DNA of 64,000 nucleotides. It comes from Eledone cirrhosa (taxonomy: Eukaryota). Position 1 is the first letter of the stretch. Each line of letters starts with the position of its first letter. Made by a program: the position numbers and the translations under genes. The DNA lies in assembly GCA_964016885.1 (NCBI GenBank), contig OZ024743.1:110670001-110734000 (forward strand), read 5' to 3'. Below are positions 48,171 through 63,902 of the stretch, in pieces. Below the pieces are notes generated by a model. It was not told where the DNA came from and made no database searches. It was given only the letters and a program-made list of their open reading frames with translations.

Positions 48171-48300
48171 AGTGTGTTTTTTTGTGTGTATCTGTATATT
48201 AATATATATAAGGCAAGGCTGTCACGAATATTATATTGAGATGAACCGGCACATCACTCCGAAGATTAATGACAGTTCACCATAAAACAAATCAGGGATC
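47780..48300. mobile_element. Possible Helitron terminal fragments
   Basis: tatataataaaagccaagtg at ~47781 and, on the minus strand, atctatacattatataaaaataagtttgttcgttcg at ~48020 resemble non-autonomous Helitron 5' ends. Confidence 0.3.
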
Positions 48301-49084
48301 CACACACCAAAAAGAACTCCCTAAGTCAACATATACGTGGCGCACGAAATTTGCCAAATTTCGATTTCTTCCTATTCCGTATGAGGAAAATTTCACTGAG
48401 TAAAAAAGTGTTAATAAGGAAATATTTTTCTAGAGTAAATTTCAACCAAATCTCAATACTTTACACAACTATTTTAATCGACCTGAATTACATTCCTCGA
48501 AAAGTCTGTTAACATAGAATATGAGCAAGTTGTAGACAAAGAATCAAAGGCGGAAAATTCATGTATACGATGTTGTTAATGTTATTGCATTTACTTGGAT
48601 AGGGTTATGACCAATTAAGTCAAGGTACACCTATTCCTTAATTTTATATACCCATAACTACACCTTTCACCGATCTCATTCTGGTGTTGCGTATCAGGCT
48701 GTGTGAGTATAGAATGTCTCAGCGAAGATGCGTTTTAATTTTACAACGGAAAAGCGATGCAAACTAATATTTCAAACGGAATTTCACGTGTTATTGGATA
48801 GTGTGGACCGAAATATCTTACATTATCGTTGCCACCGAAAACAATGGTTGACATCGATATGGAAAAGGAAATAGATTTCAATTCTAAAAATATCAATTAC
48901 AATATTCACGAGAAAAGAATAAAGGTTACCTGATATATTATTAATGCACCCCCGCCCCCTAAAAAAGCTGCTAAATAGAATAGATCCAGCTATATATGTA
49001 TGTTAGAACTATTTGCACGATATTGTCTACAATACTCACTTCTTGAATATGTTTAGTTCAAATCATTAAAAATAACATATCAAA

Positions 49085-50080
49085 AATTCACAATCTTTCT
49101 CTCCGGAGTTCCAACTGGCTTCTATTTGAATCAATGCCTTATTTTTATGCAGACGGTGATGTTCAGCATATCATCATTACAAACCGCCATAGGAATCGTT
49201 CCCATCACTTACCCAATGTTTTCATTTAGATCAGTGATCGTCCACCACAAAGAAATACATTTGAGGGTTTAAATCAATGATTTGCGGGCGCCACTCACCA
49301 TCAGTTTTCAAACTGATCTCACAAATTCCAAATTCATCTTGCAGCGATCTTTGCGACTATTTGGAGGTATAAGGGCTTGGTCTTTCATATTGAAATCAAA
49401 ATGTATCAATAGGAGTTGTGTGTATGGTCTGTAGCACCTTTGTTTATGTATTCTGACATCTAAATAATTATTCGAATGTCAATGTAGAGATAATTCATTT
49501 TCTTCGGAAAAGCATCGGACAATTATCTCTCTCTGAGATATGAGTCCAGGTGGTACATTTAGCTGACCAGAGAGGTTTTGCAGCCACCTCGGTAGGTTTC
49601 TGTGACACCCAGAGCATATTGTTCTTAGACTTGATCTGCCCTCTAAGTGAAAGTAAGTTTCATCAAATGTCAAAATCAGATGCAGAACATTTGGGCTGTT
49701 CTGTATCTTCCCTAGCATTTCAACATTAAACACTTTTATCTTCGTATGAGCTCCAATAATATTTTGTTGAAACTGTATACCCTAGGGCGACAGCGTCAAA
49801 TCCTCTTTAACAACCAGTCTGCAAATTTCCGTGGATTGTCATCTGCGAAGTGATCATTTTTGACTCTGTTCAACACTGTCACATAATGTCAATAAATTCA
49901 TGTGTACACGACATGGGGTTGTCAGGTGTGAGTAGTCTGGTCCTCAGACCATGTTTTGAAATAATTCTCCACTGCCCCATATTTCTGAAGATTCTTCACC
50001 AAACTTTGTTATTGATGGGAGATTTGTCTGTTAAAAATGCATAAAATTGCTTCTGGTCCTAATTGAACTAATCACACTTA
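49085..50080 (-). pseudogene. Highly decayed Tc1/mariner-superfamily transposase
   Basis: LTFDETYFHLEG (FSDEAHFHL-like) and W....DLNP...FLW remnants on the minus strand; TIRs not identified. Confidence 0.6.
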
Positions 50081-50368
50081 TAATAGTATATCACACAGAC
50101 AATACGGTTATGTGCCTCGCATTGGAAACTGGTGTCTTCATAGAACTTGTATTGTACATGTCCAAAATTAACCGACTAGAAAATGTATGCAGAGAGACAG
50201 AATGCATGCACGGATCCATTTGCTTTAGTCATCGTGTATAAGCGACAAATGTTGTAGTGAATGGTATTACTCCAGTGAATAATAGCAATATTTTAGAATA
50301 ATACTCAATCACTTTATATATGATGGTGTGAATCTCTTGCACAACTCTTATTATTTTTCATTTAAAGC

Positions 50369-50550
50369 AGTGGATTGGCAGTATCGGTAGAGAGTCTGAC
50401 GCCATGATTTGACGCATAGAGCTACGGCCATTCTGAGTTCAAATACCGCCGAGATTAACTTTGCCTTTCATCCTTACGGGGTCGATAAAATAAAGTACCA
50501 GTAATGCACTGGGTAATTGCTGGCCTTGTGCCAAAAGTAGAAACAATTAT
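50369..50550 (+). mobile_element. Full-length tRNA-derived SINE
   Basis: A/B boxes, family core and 3' end aaaagtagaaacaattat. Confidence 0.92.
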
Positions 50551-53500
50551 TTTTTTCCTTTAGAGAGAAATGCGTCGCTGAGATTTATATATGAGGGAAT
50601 TGATGTAGAACAATTTCAATGAACTTGTATTAACAGTTTTGCCAGTTCGATGCTTCTTGATATTTGATTGCATTTCAAATGTTTAAAACACTGACACAAG
50701 TATTTTCGCCCAAAGAAAAACTATGGATTCACAATAGAAGTAATTTAAACTTGCTCAAATTTATAAAGAACCAATATAAATGGCTTTATCAAGGAATTCG
50801 TGACTATGCTGGGACATGATGTGTTGAGTATTATTAGATATCGGCTGTCCCCAAAAGTTAACGATTCTAAATCATTTCTGATAAATGAATCAAATTTAAG
50901 GTACATATATATATATAAACCCCAATAAATTGAAGAATACGCTACTTAGTAACAATAGGGAACATCTCTCTCTTGTTTTCCAGGCGTGATTTGATAATGT
51001 GTGAAAACGGTCTTCTGTATTATCAATAATCCTGTTCTTTCAGTAATTATGCAGATAACATTTTATGGTCAAAAGAAATCGATGACTAATATATAGATAC
51101 ATATGTCACAATACAATAAATACTCATTTAAATGGAGATAATTATCATGCACTTTATTTTTCGTTTAAAACGTGCTGAAACAAATATATAGGATACAATG
51201 AAGCAACTCAGCAACGTAAACGCAGCTGGTGTGGACAAATGTTTCGGCCGAAATAGAATATTTCCATGCATTAGTGATATATCGTTAATTCTGTTTTAGA
51301 ATTTTCGTGAAAGATGATGGAAACGAAGCAGTGTACCAACGAAGAAACATAAAACAAATGTGATAAACATGCAAAATCGTAAGATTATTACCAATAACTG
51401 AATTGTATTAAAGGATAAATTACCCCAACATATCTTGTCAAATTCGAAGAAGAACGTGTAGCATAGCCTATCACAATTGTAACTTTAAAAAGTAGTTCTG
51501 CGAAAAATATTCAAACAATGTGCAAGGTTAACTTGACTTACGATATTGATGTGCAGGTTCAAATAAAATTATATTTCGATTATATTTTGCTGGCCACATA
51601 ATATGATACTCTATAAAACAGGTAATAAATACAAACAAGCCCGACTAAAATTACCTTTTGTTATTGAAAAAGTAACTACGATAACGGTTGAAAAAATGTT
51701 TAAATTTGACACGAACGTCAGCTCTATATGGTCAGTAGTTATATTACTTTGTACTTTCGAAAGCTATTGAAATATTACTGTAATATTGCAGCAACTAAAC
51801 AAGAAATCATTATATTTCATATATATTGATGCGTTAGGTAACGTCTCTTGCGCAATAAAAAGTTATACCTTCTATGATAATCTACAATAAATCATAATGT
51901 CTTCTATCATAATTGTTTTCATCTATCGAATTATATTCCACTAGTTATGTGTGGTATGTGTGTATGATTCCCACAAGCTGAAATAGGTTAATGTTGCACA
52001 GAGACAAATTAACAGGACCAAGACCCCGGGGAAAGATGTCATAGCGACTGATATAGAGCAATAGTAGTATACTAAATTTAACGATCTGCTGTTTAATCTC
52101 GGCCACCAGATGTGGTTGAAGGTTGTAGACCACATGAGTGGAAGAACAACATTTGCACCTTCCTTTTCAAGAAGAGGTTATTGCCAACTGTCATGATATC
52201 TTTTTACTATTAGTTGCTGTTTACATCTTTACCAAGATTTTCCTTAATCATCTGCTGATGCAAGTTGCACCTAATATTCTGGCGGAATCTGTGTGTGATT
52301 TGCGTTCATAACGGAGCAATGTGCGGCATATACAGGACAAATTTAAGGAGTAGAAGCTTGATATGTAACATTGCTTTATAGGTCACAAGATTACGGTTGG
52401 CGCAGGCAACAGGCAAGTGTTTTCGTGTATACTGTTAACGTTGGGTGTCCCTGGGGGAGTTTAGGAGGCTTATGCAATTATTGCATGATGACATAAGTCC
52501 ATGGTTTTGCTTCAGTGAGTTTCCTCCAATGATGAACTGTTTGTACCTCCCCTCAATTGAGACAGACATGAACATGGGTTACCTACTCGCTCTAAATTTG
52601 TTCCGCATCTTCGTTCCAGTTGTTCCGTTAAAGGCATTCAGCAACATTGATGTTGGTATATGTATGAGTTATCGAAGAACATGAAGTCGCGTTAATATCT
52701 GTAAATTTCTTTCTGCATCAAAAACCTATATTGCATCGATATGCAGGTAACGCTAAACTTAACTTGAAGTATTCCACTAATAAGGCGTGCACTCCATCCG
52801 CAAATCTCATGAAGATCTCATGGTCTAGAGACTGATATACTGCAGGGCGTTTGTCTGCCAAGAGACTACGATCATGAAACAGCGTCTCCAGGTTTAAGGT
52901 CGAGTAGTAAAACATAGTACGACTAGAGGAGTAGTGACTCCCCCAAACGTTTGCATGGAAATCCGGTGCAGCTCAAACGACTGCAGTTGAAGCCACAATA
53001 GCGTTTTAAAGCGTGTCTAACATATACCCTGAACAAGATAAATATTATCATATTATCACCGAAACATGAGAACATCAGACAGAGACCAATTTCGAAATTT
53101 GATTGTTACCGATTTTAAGAAATTTGAAAAGAAGCAGGAGGTCTATTCTGAATGAAAACTAAATATATGGGGGTCAAACGTTGCTCTTCGCTATGAGGGA
53201 TATCGACGTGTATGAATATCACAGGCTGGTCTGCTAAAGTATAGCAAAGTATGAAATAACAACTTTTACTACCACATACCACTTGATTTTAAATGTGACA
53301 TCCGTATCAAAGTGAGTCACATGCATTGTGAGCTAACACGGGCCCGCATAACATGCCACGCCAATCAAACACAAGAAAGGGGGAACCTACCTGCACTGTG
53401 TGCGGTATGACGCGAAAACGTATGCTCCGGATTCGATTAGTTATCTAAGATGGCATGAATCAACGCAATCCAATTAAAATGTTTTTGCCATGTTTTTTAT

Positions 53501-54074
53501 AAGTGGCGCAATCGGACACGAATTGGATTTATCACCTTCTAACTTTCAACTTATATTATATATATAATCTACGGCGTCGTTTGCATCCAATTATGTAGAC
53601 CAATACTTCATTTTTGTTAAATGTATTCGAAGTTCAGAGAAAGACATTAGTTCCATGCAAAGTATTTCCTCACTTGAAAAAGCCTCGATCGTAGAGATCA
53701 TATGATTTTTGAGATCTTGGAGATATTTGATATAATTTGCGTTGATTCTCATGGCTTGATGTAAGGAGAAAAATGCAAAATCACAAAATGAGAATAATCA
53801 AAATAGTTTACACCAATGGTAATGAGAGCAGTAGCATGAATAGTGAAAGGGTCGTCGTCTGCTACTATGTGAAAGTTTATGCATTTGTATATTGTGTTCT
53901 TGGATTTTCCCACTTTACAAGACTTTCAGTCCTCTACAAAACACGTCCCAAAAAAGATCATGACGGGTAGGCAAAGTGCCGTAACTATACAACGTGGAGG
54001 TAATGGCCTTGTCTGAAACTAGAAACACGCACGTGCCAGCAGAGAGAGGCACAAAGAAATACACACATACACGC

Positions 54075-54462
<388 letters not shown>

Positions 54463-56096
54463 TTCTTCCATGTACTGTGCAGTTTTTTGTTTTGTTTTGT
54501 GATTTCTGTTATTTCTGCTTACTTTTTACATATATAGAGAATGGGAGAATAATATTTAGATGCATGGATATATAAATATGTAGACACATTCATATATACG
54601 TACGCCTCTGTGAAGTTTTACGTATGTATATATTTCCATTTAAGAATTAATATTTGCATACTGGTATATGGTTACATCAACTCATGGTTATAAACCAACT
54701 AATATTAAATATATTTAAACAAATTTAATTAGAAATGAAAAGATGTATAATGCTAGATAAGCTGAGTTTACTTAATATCTTCCTCGATTTAACATTCTAT
54801 GAACCCTTTCATGTTAAGTAAAATCAAAATTTCGACTTCGTAAATTCTGTCATTAGTATTTGCGGGGAAAACTCCTAAAAGCCGTACACAATCTCTTCCA
54901 TCTCCATTACATTTGTATGTACTTTATTTCTTTCGAAATCTATCTAAATTTCTGTGCACCTTAGTATCTTTCACTACCTACTTACCAAAACTAATCCACT
55001 ATCTGAAATGCAATCAGAGTCATGATAAAAATAATTTAGAGCTAAAATAATTCGTTTTTTAAAGGCGGTTTTATAATCTAATGTAAAATATTGATTTACT
55101 GGATATTTACATATAATTAGAGAAGGAAAGGAAGCGTATATGTTATACACACACACAGAGACAGATACACACACACACACGCACATACACACACACACAC
55201 ACACATACACACACACACACACACACATACACACCCACACACCCACACACACACACACACATATATATATACATATATACATCTATAAAATATATATATA
55301 TATATGTGTGTGTGTGTGCGTGTGGACGTGAGTATGAGGATGTGTATGTGCGTGTGTATGTATATGGGTGTGAGTGCACGCTTCAAAATAATCAAGATAG
55401 GAAAAACGAGAGAGTATATATATGGTCCTCCATAAATTTAACACCAAAGGATATGTTTAATTTTACATCTAAAGCCCATTTTTCTGATCTGATTTATTTA
55501 TTTTCTTATTAGTTTGTACGGCTTATGTATTCAGCTATTAAATTTGTCTTTTATCCTAATTATATTTTCGGCATTTTCACTTATTTTATACTGCATCCGT
55601 CACCAATAAATTTAGATTGGATGTTTATTAAATATGTTTGTATATAAGTATATCACTGGTATAATTTCATTTTTATATAGGATGTTATAATATTCAATAT
55701 TTATTATGTGCCTAAACCTACCTACATAAATAAATTCAAGTATTTTCTCATTTTGTTATCATAAATGTTCACCTAATCTAATGACACGCATCTATACATA
55801 TGCGGTGCGTATATGACGATCATATTTAATGAAAAATACATAGTGTGTAAAGTCAAAATCGTTGAAATATAATGCACCTTTATGTTTGAAATTATTTGAA
55901 AAAAATATTAAACGTAACTATATTTCCCAGGATTACTTTTTGCTGAAAAGGGGATTGTTGTGACATACTCTTGCAATACATATATATAAACACACGCGTA
56001 ATCACATTCACACAAGCAAACTCACACACAGAAGCACATGCACACATATAAAGACACACACACCCACACACACACTTATATATATATATATATGTG

Positions 56097-56269
56097 TTTA
56101 ATATAGAAATGGCTTCTACAGGACTACAACTGTTTCATTCGGGATGATTTCTCCCGGATGAAACAGTTCTAGTCCTGTCAAAGCCATTTCTATATTAAGT
56201 AGTTATACTCTTCTATGTATTGAGTACTTTACTTACTGTGGTTACCCCCGACTGAACACCGGATATTCA
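56097..56269 (+). mobile_element. Fold-back element related to the 43702 pLTR, centred on HHR stem II
   Basis: Palindrome 56097-56198 centred on cggga-tgatttc-tcccg; gaaacagttctagtcctgt and tail actct...gtattgagtac..tacttactgtggttacc match 43726-43815. Confidence 0.88.
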
Positions 56270-56321
56270 TATATATATATATATATACATACATACATAC
56301 ATACATACATACATACATACA

Positions 56322-56424
<103 letters not shown>

Positions 56425-56971
56425 TGTACGGCTACTAATTCGGGCTGTTTGTTTACAAACAAATCGAACATTATAATAAATGTTTGGTAAACCCATACGT
56501 ACATATATATATATATGTGTGCATGTATGTATATATATATACATACTAGTGTACGTATGTATACATATATGTATGTACGTATACATACTTATATTTAAGT
56601 ATCAGCCGTACTAAGTGTGAGAAATTAAATTTCATTTTTTTCCATCTATTTATATATTTATATAATCAACCAGTTCACAAGAGAGGAATCAGGCAAATAC
56701 TCGTGGCTCTTAGAACTAGCACTAAATCATTACTATATCCCCATAAAACATATGTTCCCGATGAATAGCTTTACAGCCTAATGACACGCATTATTGCTGT
56801 TGTATGAAACAGACCTATCTAGAAATTCCAAAAGTAGTTTATAAGTAGTTTTGTACTCGAGTAGAGTAACAAAGGCAGAAAAAAAGCAGGAACAATGTTA
56901 CAGCCGTTGTCATAACGACAGCAACAATTGACTGATGAAATGAGAAGTAAGTCAATCATATTGGTGGCCTC

Positions 56972-57237
56972 CCCACAGCACCGGTGGAGAGAATGGAGAA
57001 GGGAGACGTGCTATAAAAGCCATTACAACTCGCGTGGCTCACACCTGCGGCTGGCCAGCTCAGCGCCTATGGTGGTGAGTAGGGAGGTAGCCCTAGAGAT
57101 GAGGAAACCAGAAGTCTCCACTGCCAAAGGTACGACCGCAAACTGGTCGGAGAGAGACCGGTATTTTGAGAGTTTGGCTCCTCAGTCCGACGTGCAGCAC
57201 AACTCGGGTTAGTCGCAGACTGCACCAGGTTGCGGCT
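56972..57237 (-). mobile_element. 3' fragment of the same CRE-clade LINE family
   Basis: Aligns by eye to ~17822-18112 (caactcgcgtggctcacacctgcggc...ccagctcagcgcctatggtggtgagta). Confidence 0.9.
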
Positions 57238-57330
57238 GATAAATTGTCATACATGACTCGTCTCAGGGACTAATTGCTCTAAATATTTCATACCAATAAT
57301 TTCTACACTATAAATAAACCCAAACATATA

Positions 57331-57375
<45 letters not shown>

Positions 57376-57431
57376 CTATCTATCTATCTATACATATACA
57401 ATGCCTTTATGGTAAATAAAGAAATCTATCT

Positions 57432-57471
<40 letters not shown>

Positions 57472-57531
57472 GCAGTATTTTCGTCGGAAAGGTACAGGAA
57501 AAAAAGAGTGCTCTATGTAGGCTACAGATCT

Positions 57532-57708
57532 TATTAGTTATGTAATAAACAACAAAAGATAATTATTTTATTTACCAGTGTATTCTTGAAGGCAGCTGTT
57601 ATGCCTGCCTTTAGTCATCAGACGACGGAAGACAGACGTAACATCTGCCTTCATGAAACCACCGGTAAATGAAATAATTATCTTATGTTGTTTATTACAT
57701 AACTAATA
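57532..57708 (-). mobile_element. Fold-back element with HHR core at its apex
   Basis: Inverted arms; minus-strand ctgatga (57615-57621) in the loop; stem II aaggcag/ctgcctt; gaaac-caccg-gta intact in the + arm. Confidence 0.72.
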
Positions 57709-58332
57709 TATATATATATAGGGTCGATTTAAATGAAAAGATCTATCAACAAATAATCTGAACTATCACAGATGTATTAGCGGTTTCAAGACGACATCGC
57801 CTTTATATGTTCATGTTTATTTGAGAAGAGGCCAGAGAATCTCACGGTCCTTGCTTTGATTTCCTTAAATATATCGACGTGTTTTCTCCTGGAAGAAGCT
57901 TGCAATACAGAATTATATCAAACTATGAAAATATAAGATCGTGTCTCTTCTCAAACTCATTGCTGAACTTGATCTCTTTCTTTTCTTTCTAAAAATGGGA
58001 TGTTGTGTAAAATTGGATATAAGTTCGCCGCAAAGTATGATATATAAACATAAATACACAGGCTCACACTCTCTATTGTAACCATACTCACTCTAGTTCC
58101 CACACCTGCTCTCAAATACAGACACACATATTTATTATATGCATATATGTGTGTGCTTATGTACATATATGTGGTGGTGGAATGGACATGCGAGTATATA
58201 TTTGTGGAGCATTTATTTGTCGGGATATTTTCAAGATAGATCGTGATGTTTACTTGATAAATAAAAAAAATAGTATCGCCTTATTCACGATAAAATATAT
58301 CATAAGTGAGAATGATGATTATTATTTCATCT

Positions 58333-58437
58333 CGCCGAGGTTAACTTTGCCTTTCATCCTTACGGGGTCGATAAAATAAAATACCAGTAATGCACTGGTT
58401 AATTTGCTTGCCTTGTGCCAAACGTAGAAACAATTAT
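58333..58437 (+). mobile_element. 5'-truncated SINE
   Basis: cgccgaggttaactttgcctttcatccttacggggtcgataaaata...gtagaaacaattat. Confidence 0.9.
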
Positions 58438-59535
58438 TTTATCATAACATTTAACGCAATTGTTCATATTATCTATATGATAAGATCTAATAACGAGTTA
58501 ATAATTCAGTTTATTTGCATAGGAATCACGTTAAACATTTCACGGCGAAATCCATTTAACCAGCAATAAGCTTTAACTTATTGTATCCTGTTTTATTTGT
58601 AGCAGCCTTTATAAAATAAGATGATATTTATGTTTGAAAGTTAAGCTTGATTCTTTATTCTTTCGCAGTGCTACGAATATTTGTCCGTTGTGCGATTCGA
58701 ATTAATAACAAAATAAGTTTACGGTCATATCATTCTGTCAATTAACATAGTAACTTATCAAGAAATAGAAAACAAATGCAATCATTTGATTATACACTCA
58801 ACAAACTGCGCCAATTACTGCAAATATATCACACTAATAAAGATTATTAGTGTCAAAAGAATTTAACACTATCAATTTATTCGAAATATCTAGACGCATT
58901 TTTTCATCTTCACAAATTTTCCCCCACAATACGAATAAACCAAAAGTTTCACTGTCAAGTAAATACGAAAGTTAGGCAGAACAAAAAAGAATAAAAACAT
59001 GAATAAGGTTTTAAAATTCGAAAACTTTGGAAACGAAAAGCAACTCATACGGATATAATACAATAATTTAATACTTTTCTTTACGTTATTTGTCACTATG
59101 TTTTTCTAAAAGAAAACTTTTGATTGTAATTGATAGCATTGAAATTGATTAGATACATTGTGTATGTTTGTCGAAAGGTCATTAATCGTGTGAATGGGCG
59201 TATATAACAAAGATTTCAGTGAAGCAAAAAATTGAATAAGTACCAATTATAGAATTTGCAATTCGTTATATCTGAAGATATATCGTTTACAAATGTGGAT
59301 TTTTGGTGCACCCAAAAATATTTAACTAGACATAAATTCCTTAAATTTTAGTTGAAGGTAACCTCTTAAATACTGAAATATCCATTTTCTATTCAGAACT
59401 GACCAATATAGTCAAATTGTAGTTTAATTAGAAGCTAGAACATATTGGTCATGTCAGCACGCTAGGGTTCTATTTGAAAAACTCAGTTTGGCAAGCATCA
59501 ACACAAAGCTGTAATAACATTTTTTTTATAGAGAA

Positions 59536-59725
59536 AATAATTGTTTCTACATTTGGCACAAAACCAGAAATTTTCCCAGTGCATCAATGGCGCTTTATTT
59601 TATCGACCCTGTAGGGATCAAAGGCAAAGTTATCCTCGGCGAGATTTGAACTCAGTCCATAAAGGGATGTAACTATATGCTGAAAGCATGGTGTCCGACT
59701 CTCTACCAATACTGCCAATTCACCG
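59536..59725 (-). mobile_element. Full-length, more diverged SINE
   Basis: Family motifs on the minus strand; TSD-like agagaaaataat on both sides. Confidence 0.88.
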
Positions 59726-60901
59726 CCCTTTAGAGAGAAAATAATGCGACTGCGAATGAATTACTCATAGCTTTCAATATATATCGTTATATGTGATAAG
59801 TGAGTGTCGGTTTAACTTGATGCAGAAAAACACCGCATGGTTTGCTAGTGTTTATTGAAAGATCTTTAACTTTTTCGGCTATATAATTTCGATACCATGC
59901 AAACCAGTGCCACCGTGTATATGTATGCCTCTGTGTGTATGCGTATGCCTGTGGTATGTTTGTGTGGTGTATATGTCTACTAATCCAGGACGTGTTTCCG
60001 CTCAGATTTCCTTCCAGAAGTCCCAAAGTAGTGTTAGAAACCATGTATCAAATTTGTCGCGCAAACCTAATGATATGTATAGGCTACAGTCTAGTTATTT
60101 AATTCTCTTGTTTATATAAAATTTGAAAATATATATATTTGTGGAAATGGGCAAGTAATGATTTAAATATAAAATCATACATAACAGTTATTTCCTTTGA
60201 AATACCATAATTTTTTTAAATAATGGTATTTTCTGAGTGACGGATGAATCATAGATCAGCGATATGCTGTTTTTGCGTTTCATTTACACGGTAAACCATC
60301 TGATAGTTATATTAATGAAGAATACGCTTAAATGTGAGAATGAAGAAAACGTGGATAGATGCACAGCATTAAGAACTTCAATAAGACATATAAAACAGAG
60401 TATAAAGAAACAGATAGAGAGATGAATATATGTAGTCTAGTCTATTAATGAAAAACAAATTGTCAATGAGAGCCAGTGGCAAATGCCATTGCAACATATC
60501 GTTGAACACAGTATGGGTTCAAGAAAGACAGACAAATATTGATTCACATTATATAGGAGCCTCTAGGAAGTAATTAAGCAACATTTCAAAAGATATGCCA
60601 CCGTGAGCGTAGCTTTAGAGTTAAATTAAGAAACAAAACTAAATACAGAAAAGACCATATGCAATATCAAGCGTGTAGTTTTGAAAATAGGTCACATACC
60701 ATGGGTATCTAAAAACTCCCCTTCTAGATAATTATCTCCGGTGCACACACAATCTGTACTTACATACTAATGTGTCATGCAAACGTACTCAGGCAAACAT
60801 ACAATTAAACACACAAAAATCCATACTCGCGTGCACACACACACACACAGACATATATATATATATATATGTGTGTGGGCGTGGGTCTGTGGGTGTATGT
60901 A

Positions 60902-60955
<54 letters not shown>

Positions 60956-61425
60956 ACATATGCCGTAACTGCGCTATGGTGTCACCATAGAGGCGAGTAA
61001 AAATATAATGGAAATTTAAGAATTAAGTAGCCATTTTCTCAAGTCGATTAAACCTAGAGATAAATAATGGGCCACAAAGGCATGAGGTTGAGTGGTTACT
61101 ATAGAAGACCCCCGTGTGCGCATATATTTCTCCAACACATACGACCAGTTAGACAAAAAAAAAAATCAAATCGATCGTCCGTTTTATCTTGGGCTATTTC
61201 AGCTTTGCATCTGAAATGTCAGCGCCCTAGTAAAACAACTGGGGGAAACATTGCTGTGTTTTGTTACGTTGACCATTATATGCCGTTCGTAGTTTCTTCC
61301 GCATTGTATAGGCTTAAAGAAACAAAGAAACTATCGATCAAGGCTTCCTATTAACCACACTACTCTCTCTCTCACTCACTCTCTCTCTCTCTCACTCTCT
61401 CTCTCTCTCTCTCTCTCGCTCTCTC

Positions 61426-61516
<91 letters not shown>

Positions 61517-62073
61517 GATAACATTAGATTGATGTGACATTATAATGAATAGTGGCATCTAATACTTCCTCGATTATGTCTCTCACGCAACTCGCTCAAT
61601 ATACAACGGTGCAAATTATGTAATTGGTGCGAAGTCATTACAACAATACAATAAAATCATGAAGCAGACACAACCGAATAGAACAAATAATATGAAATTC
61701 AAGTTATTCAAAATGAAGAAAAAAGCATTGACATGTCAAACGCCAAAACCATAGGTTTCGATCCTTCCAAAATCGTTAATTGTAAATAAAAATTTGAAAA
61801 ATTGGTGGTATTGAACGTTTAGGGATCTCATCAGCAAGCCTAATCCTAAGAACATACAACCGAAGGTTTTAAGTATTATCCGTAGGAAAGCACAACCGAC
61901 AGTGCCAATGTGTGTGTGCTGTGTGACAAACACTATAAACAGTACAGTAGGATATCCGTAACAGGCGGTTGGGGTGATTGGAATACAATTACATAGAACT
62001 AATACTTTCGACCTACGAAACACTCAGTGACTCCAATCAAATTATCGAGTGTACTTTAAATATATATATATAT

Positions 62074-62467
62074 ATTCTCGGAAAAATGGGAAAAATCGGC
62101 ATATGGAAATTGTTAGAACAGCAATATAGCGTTGAAGCGGCGTTGAATGAAATATTACCAAGAAGGACAGAGATCAGCGGCTAGATGTGAGTTGACTTGA
62201 AGGAAAGAAGAGAAGATAGCAAGGAGGACTTAAGATGGATGAAAGCGAACATGCCACAAACATTAAACTATGTTCTTCAGATCTCGACCCTCTGCAGTTT
62301 CGACATCTTATTTCCTCCTTCCTATTTTCTTTTCTTTTCTTCGAGTCAACTGACATTGAGCTGCTGATGTAAGTCCTTCGAGGTAATATTTTACGCAACA
62401 TTGCTTAGGCGGAACTTTGCTGTAATAACAGCTTCCATACGCCGAGTTTTCCCATTTTCCTTAGAAT
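62074..62467. repeat. Old diverged fold-back element (~165-bp arms)
   Basis: attctcggaaaaatgggaaaaatcggc... / ...gccgagttttcccattttccttagaat with matches running inward to aagatg/catctt. Confidence 0.8.
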
Positions 62468-62516
62468 CCTAATAGACTCGCGTTTTAAAACACTATTTTC
62501 GAGTTAATTTGCCTCC

Positions 62517-62635
<119 letters not shown>

Positions 62636-62640
62636 ATATA

Positions 62641-63902
62641 AATTTTGAGTATATGTTGGTTGTATACCAACACCTTAGTATGCAGATAGGAGCACTCGAC
62701 GAAATGCGTAGGTTGGTTTGGTTACTCCGGAGTAATGTAAAATAAAATAAAATAAATAAGTCAAATGTTTAAAATTTAGCTTCGTTTATTACTGCTATAT
62801 ATATTTCGGTGACAACCATCTTTGGCCGTGCCCTCTTCAGGCAGTCTGAATTAGTGTGGTAGAGACGAGTACACATGTTGTTGAGGTGTATAACTTTCTC
62901 AATACTCTGATATACCCCGTTCCTGGTTGGTAGAGACGAGTACACATGTTGTTGAGGTGTATAACTTTCTCAATACTCTGATATGCCCCGTTCCTGGTTG
63001 GGTTTTTATTTCACTGAGGAACTGGAATCATGAATTTAAAGAAACGAATTTCAGCGTCAAATGGCCTCTTCTCCTCTCATTGGTCAGTTGTTAGAACATT
63101 CCTCAGTCAAAAGTCTATAGAAATTCGTTCTGAGGGAAGCCAATCTGTAGTTATTGTTCTTGTTATTGTTAGGTACATCTGACCGCTATTCTTGTGTTGG
63201 TAGTGGTGTTGTTGTTGGGGTCAGCTAAAAAAATATGATAAAGTGGTAGAAGGAATAACACGGTAAAGGAACAAAATAAAATAAAATAATCGAATAAAAT
63301 GTGTGTGTTTGTTATACCCATATCAATGTTATAAAGATGTGTGAGGTCAATCTTCCCATTGGTCCCATGGTTCTGCCATGTATATGAAGAAATAGAAGGC
63401 AATAAAATGAAGAAAACAGAAAATAAATAATAAATAGAGAGTAAATGAAAAGTTAATGAAAAAGTAATGAAAAAGTAATGAAAATGAATATGGGAAATGA
63501 AAAATGAAAATGAAAAGTGAAAAATAAAAATGAAGATTGAAATAAAATTAAATGTGTGTGTGCTAAAACCAATCTCAAGGTCAGAAATAAGTTGGTAAGA
63601 GGGGTAGAAGGAACAAGATGGTACAAGAATAAAACGAAATAGTATAATCAAATGTGTGTTTGTGTTATAACCAATCTGAACTTAAATATAAATATAAGGT
63701 GAAATAACAACCCAACCAGGAACTGGGCATATCAGAGTATTGGCAAAGTTATACACCTCAACACCATGTGTACTCGCCTCTACCACACTAATTCGGACTG
63801 CCTGAAGATGTCACAGCCAAAGATGGCTGTCACCGAAATATATATAGCAGTAATAAACGAAGCCACATTTTTAACATTTGACTTATTTATTTTATTTTAT
63901 TT

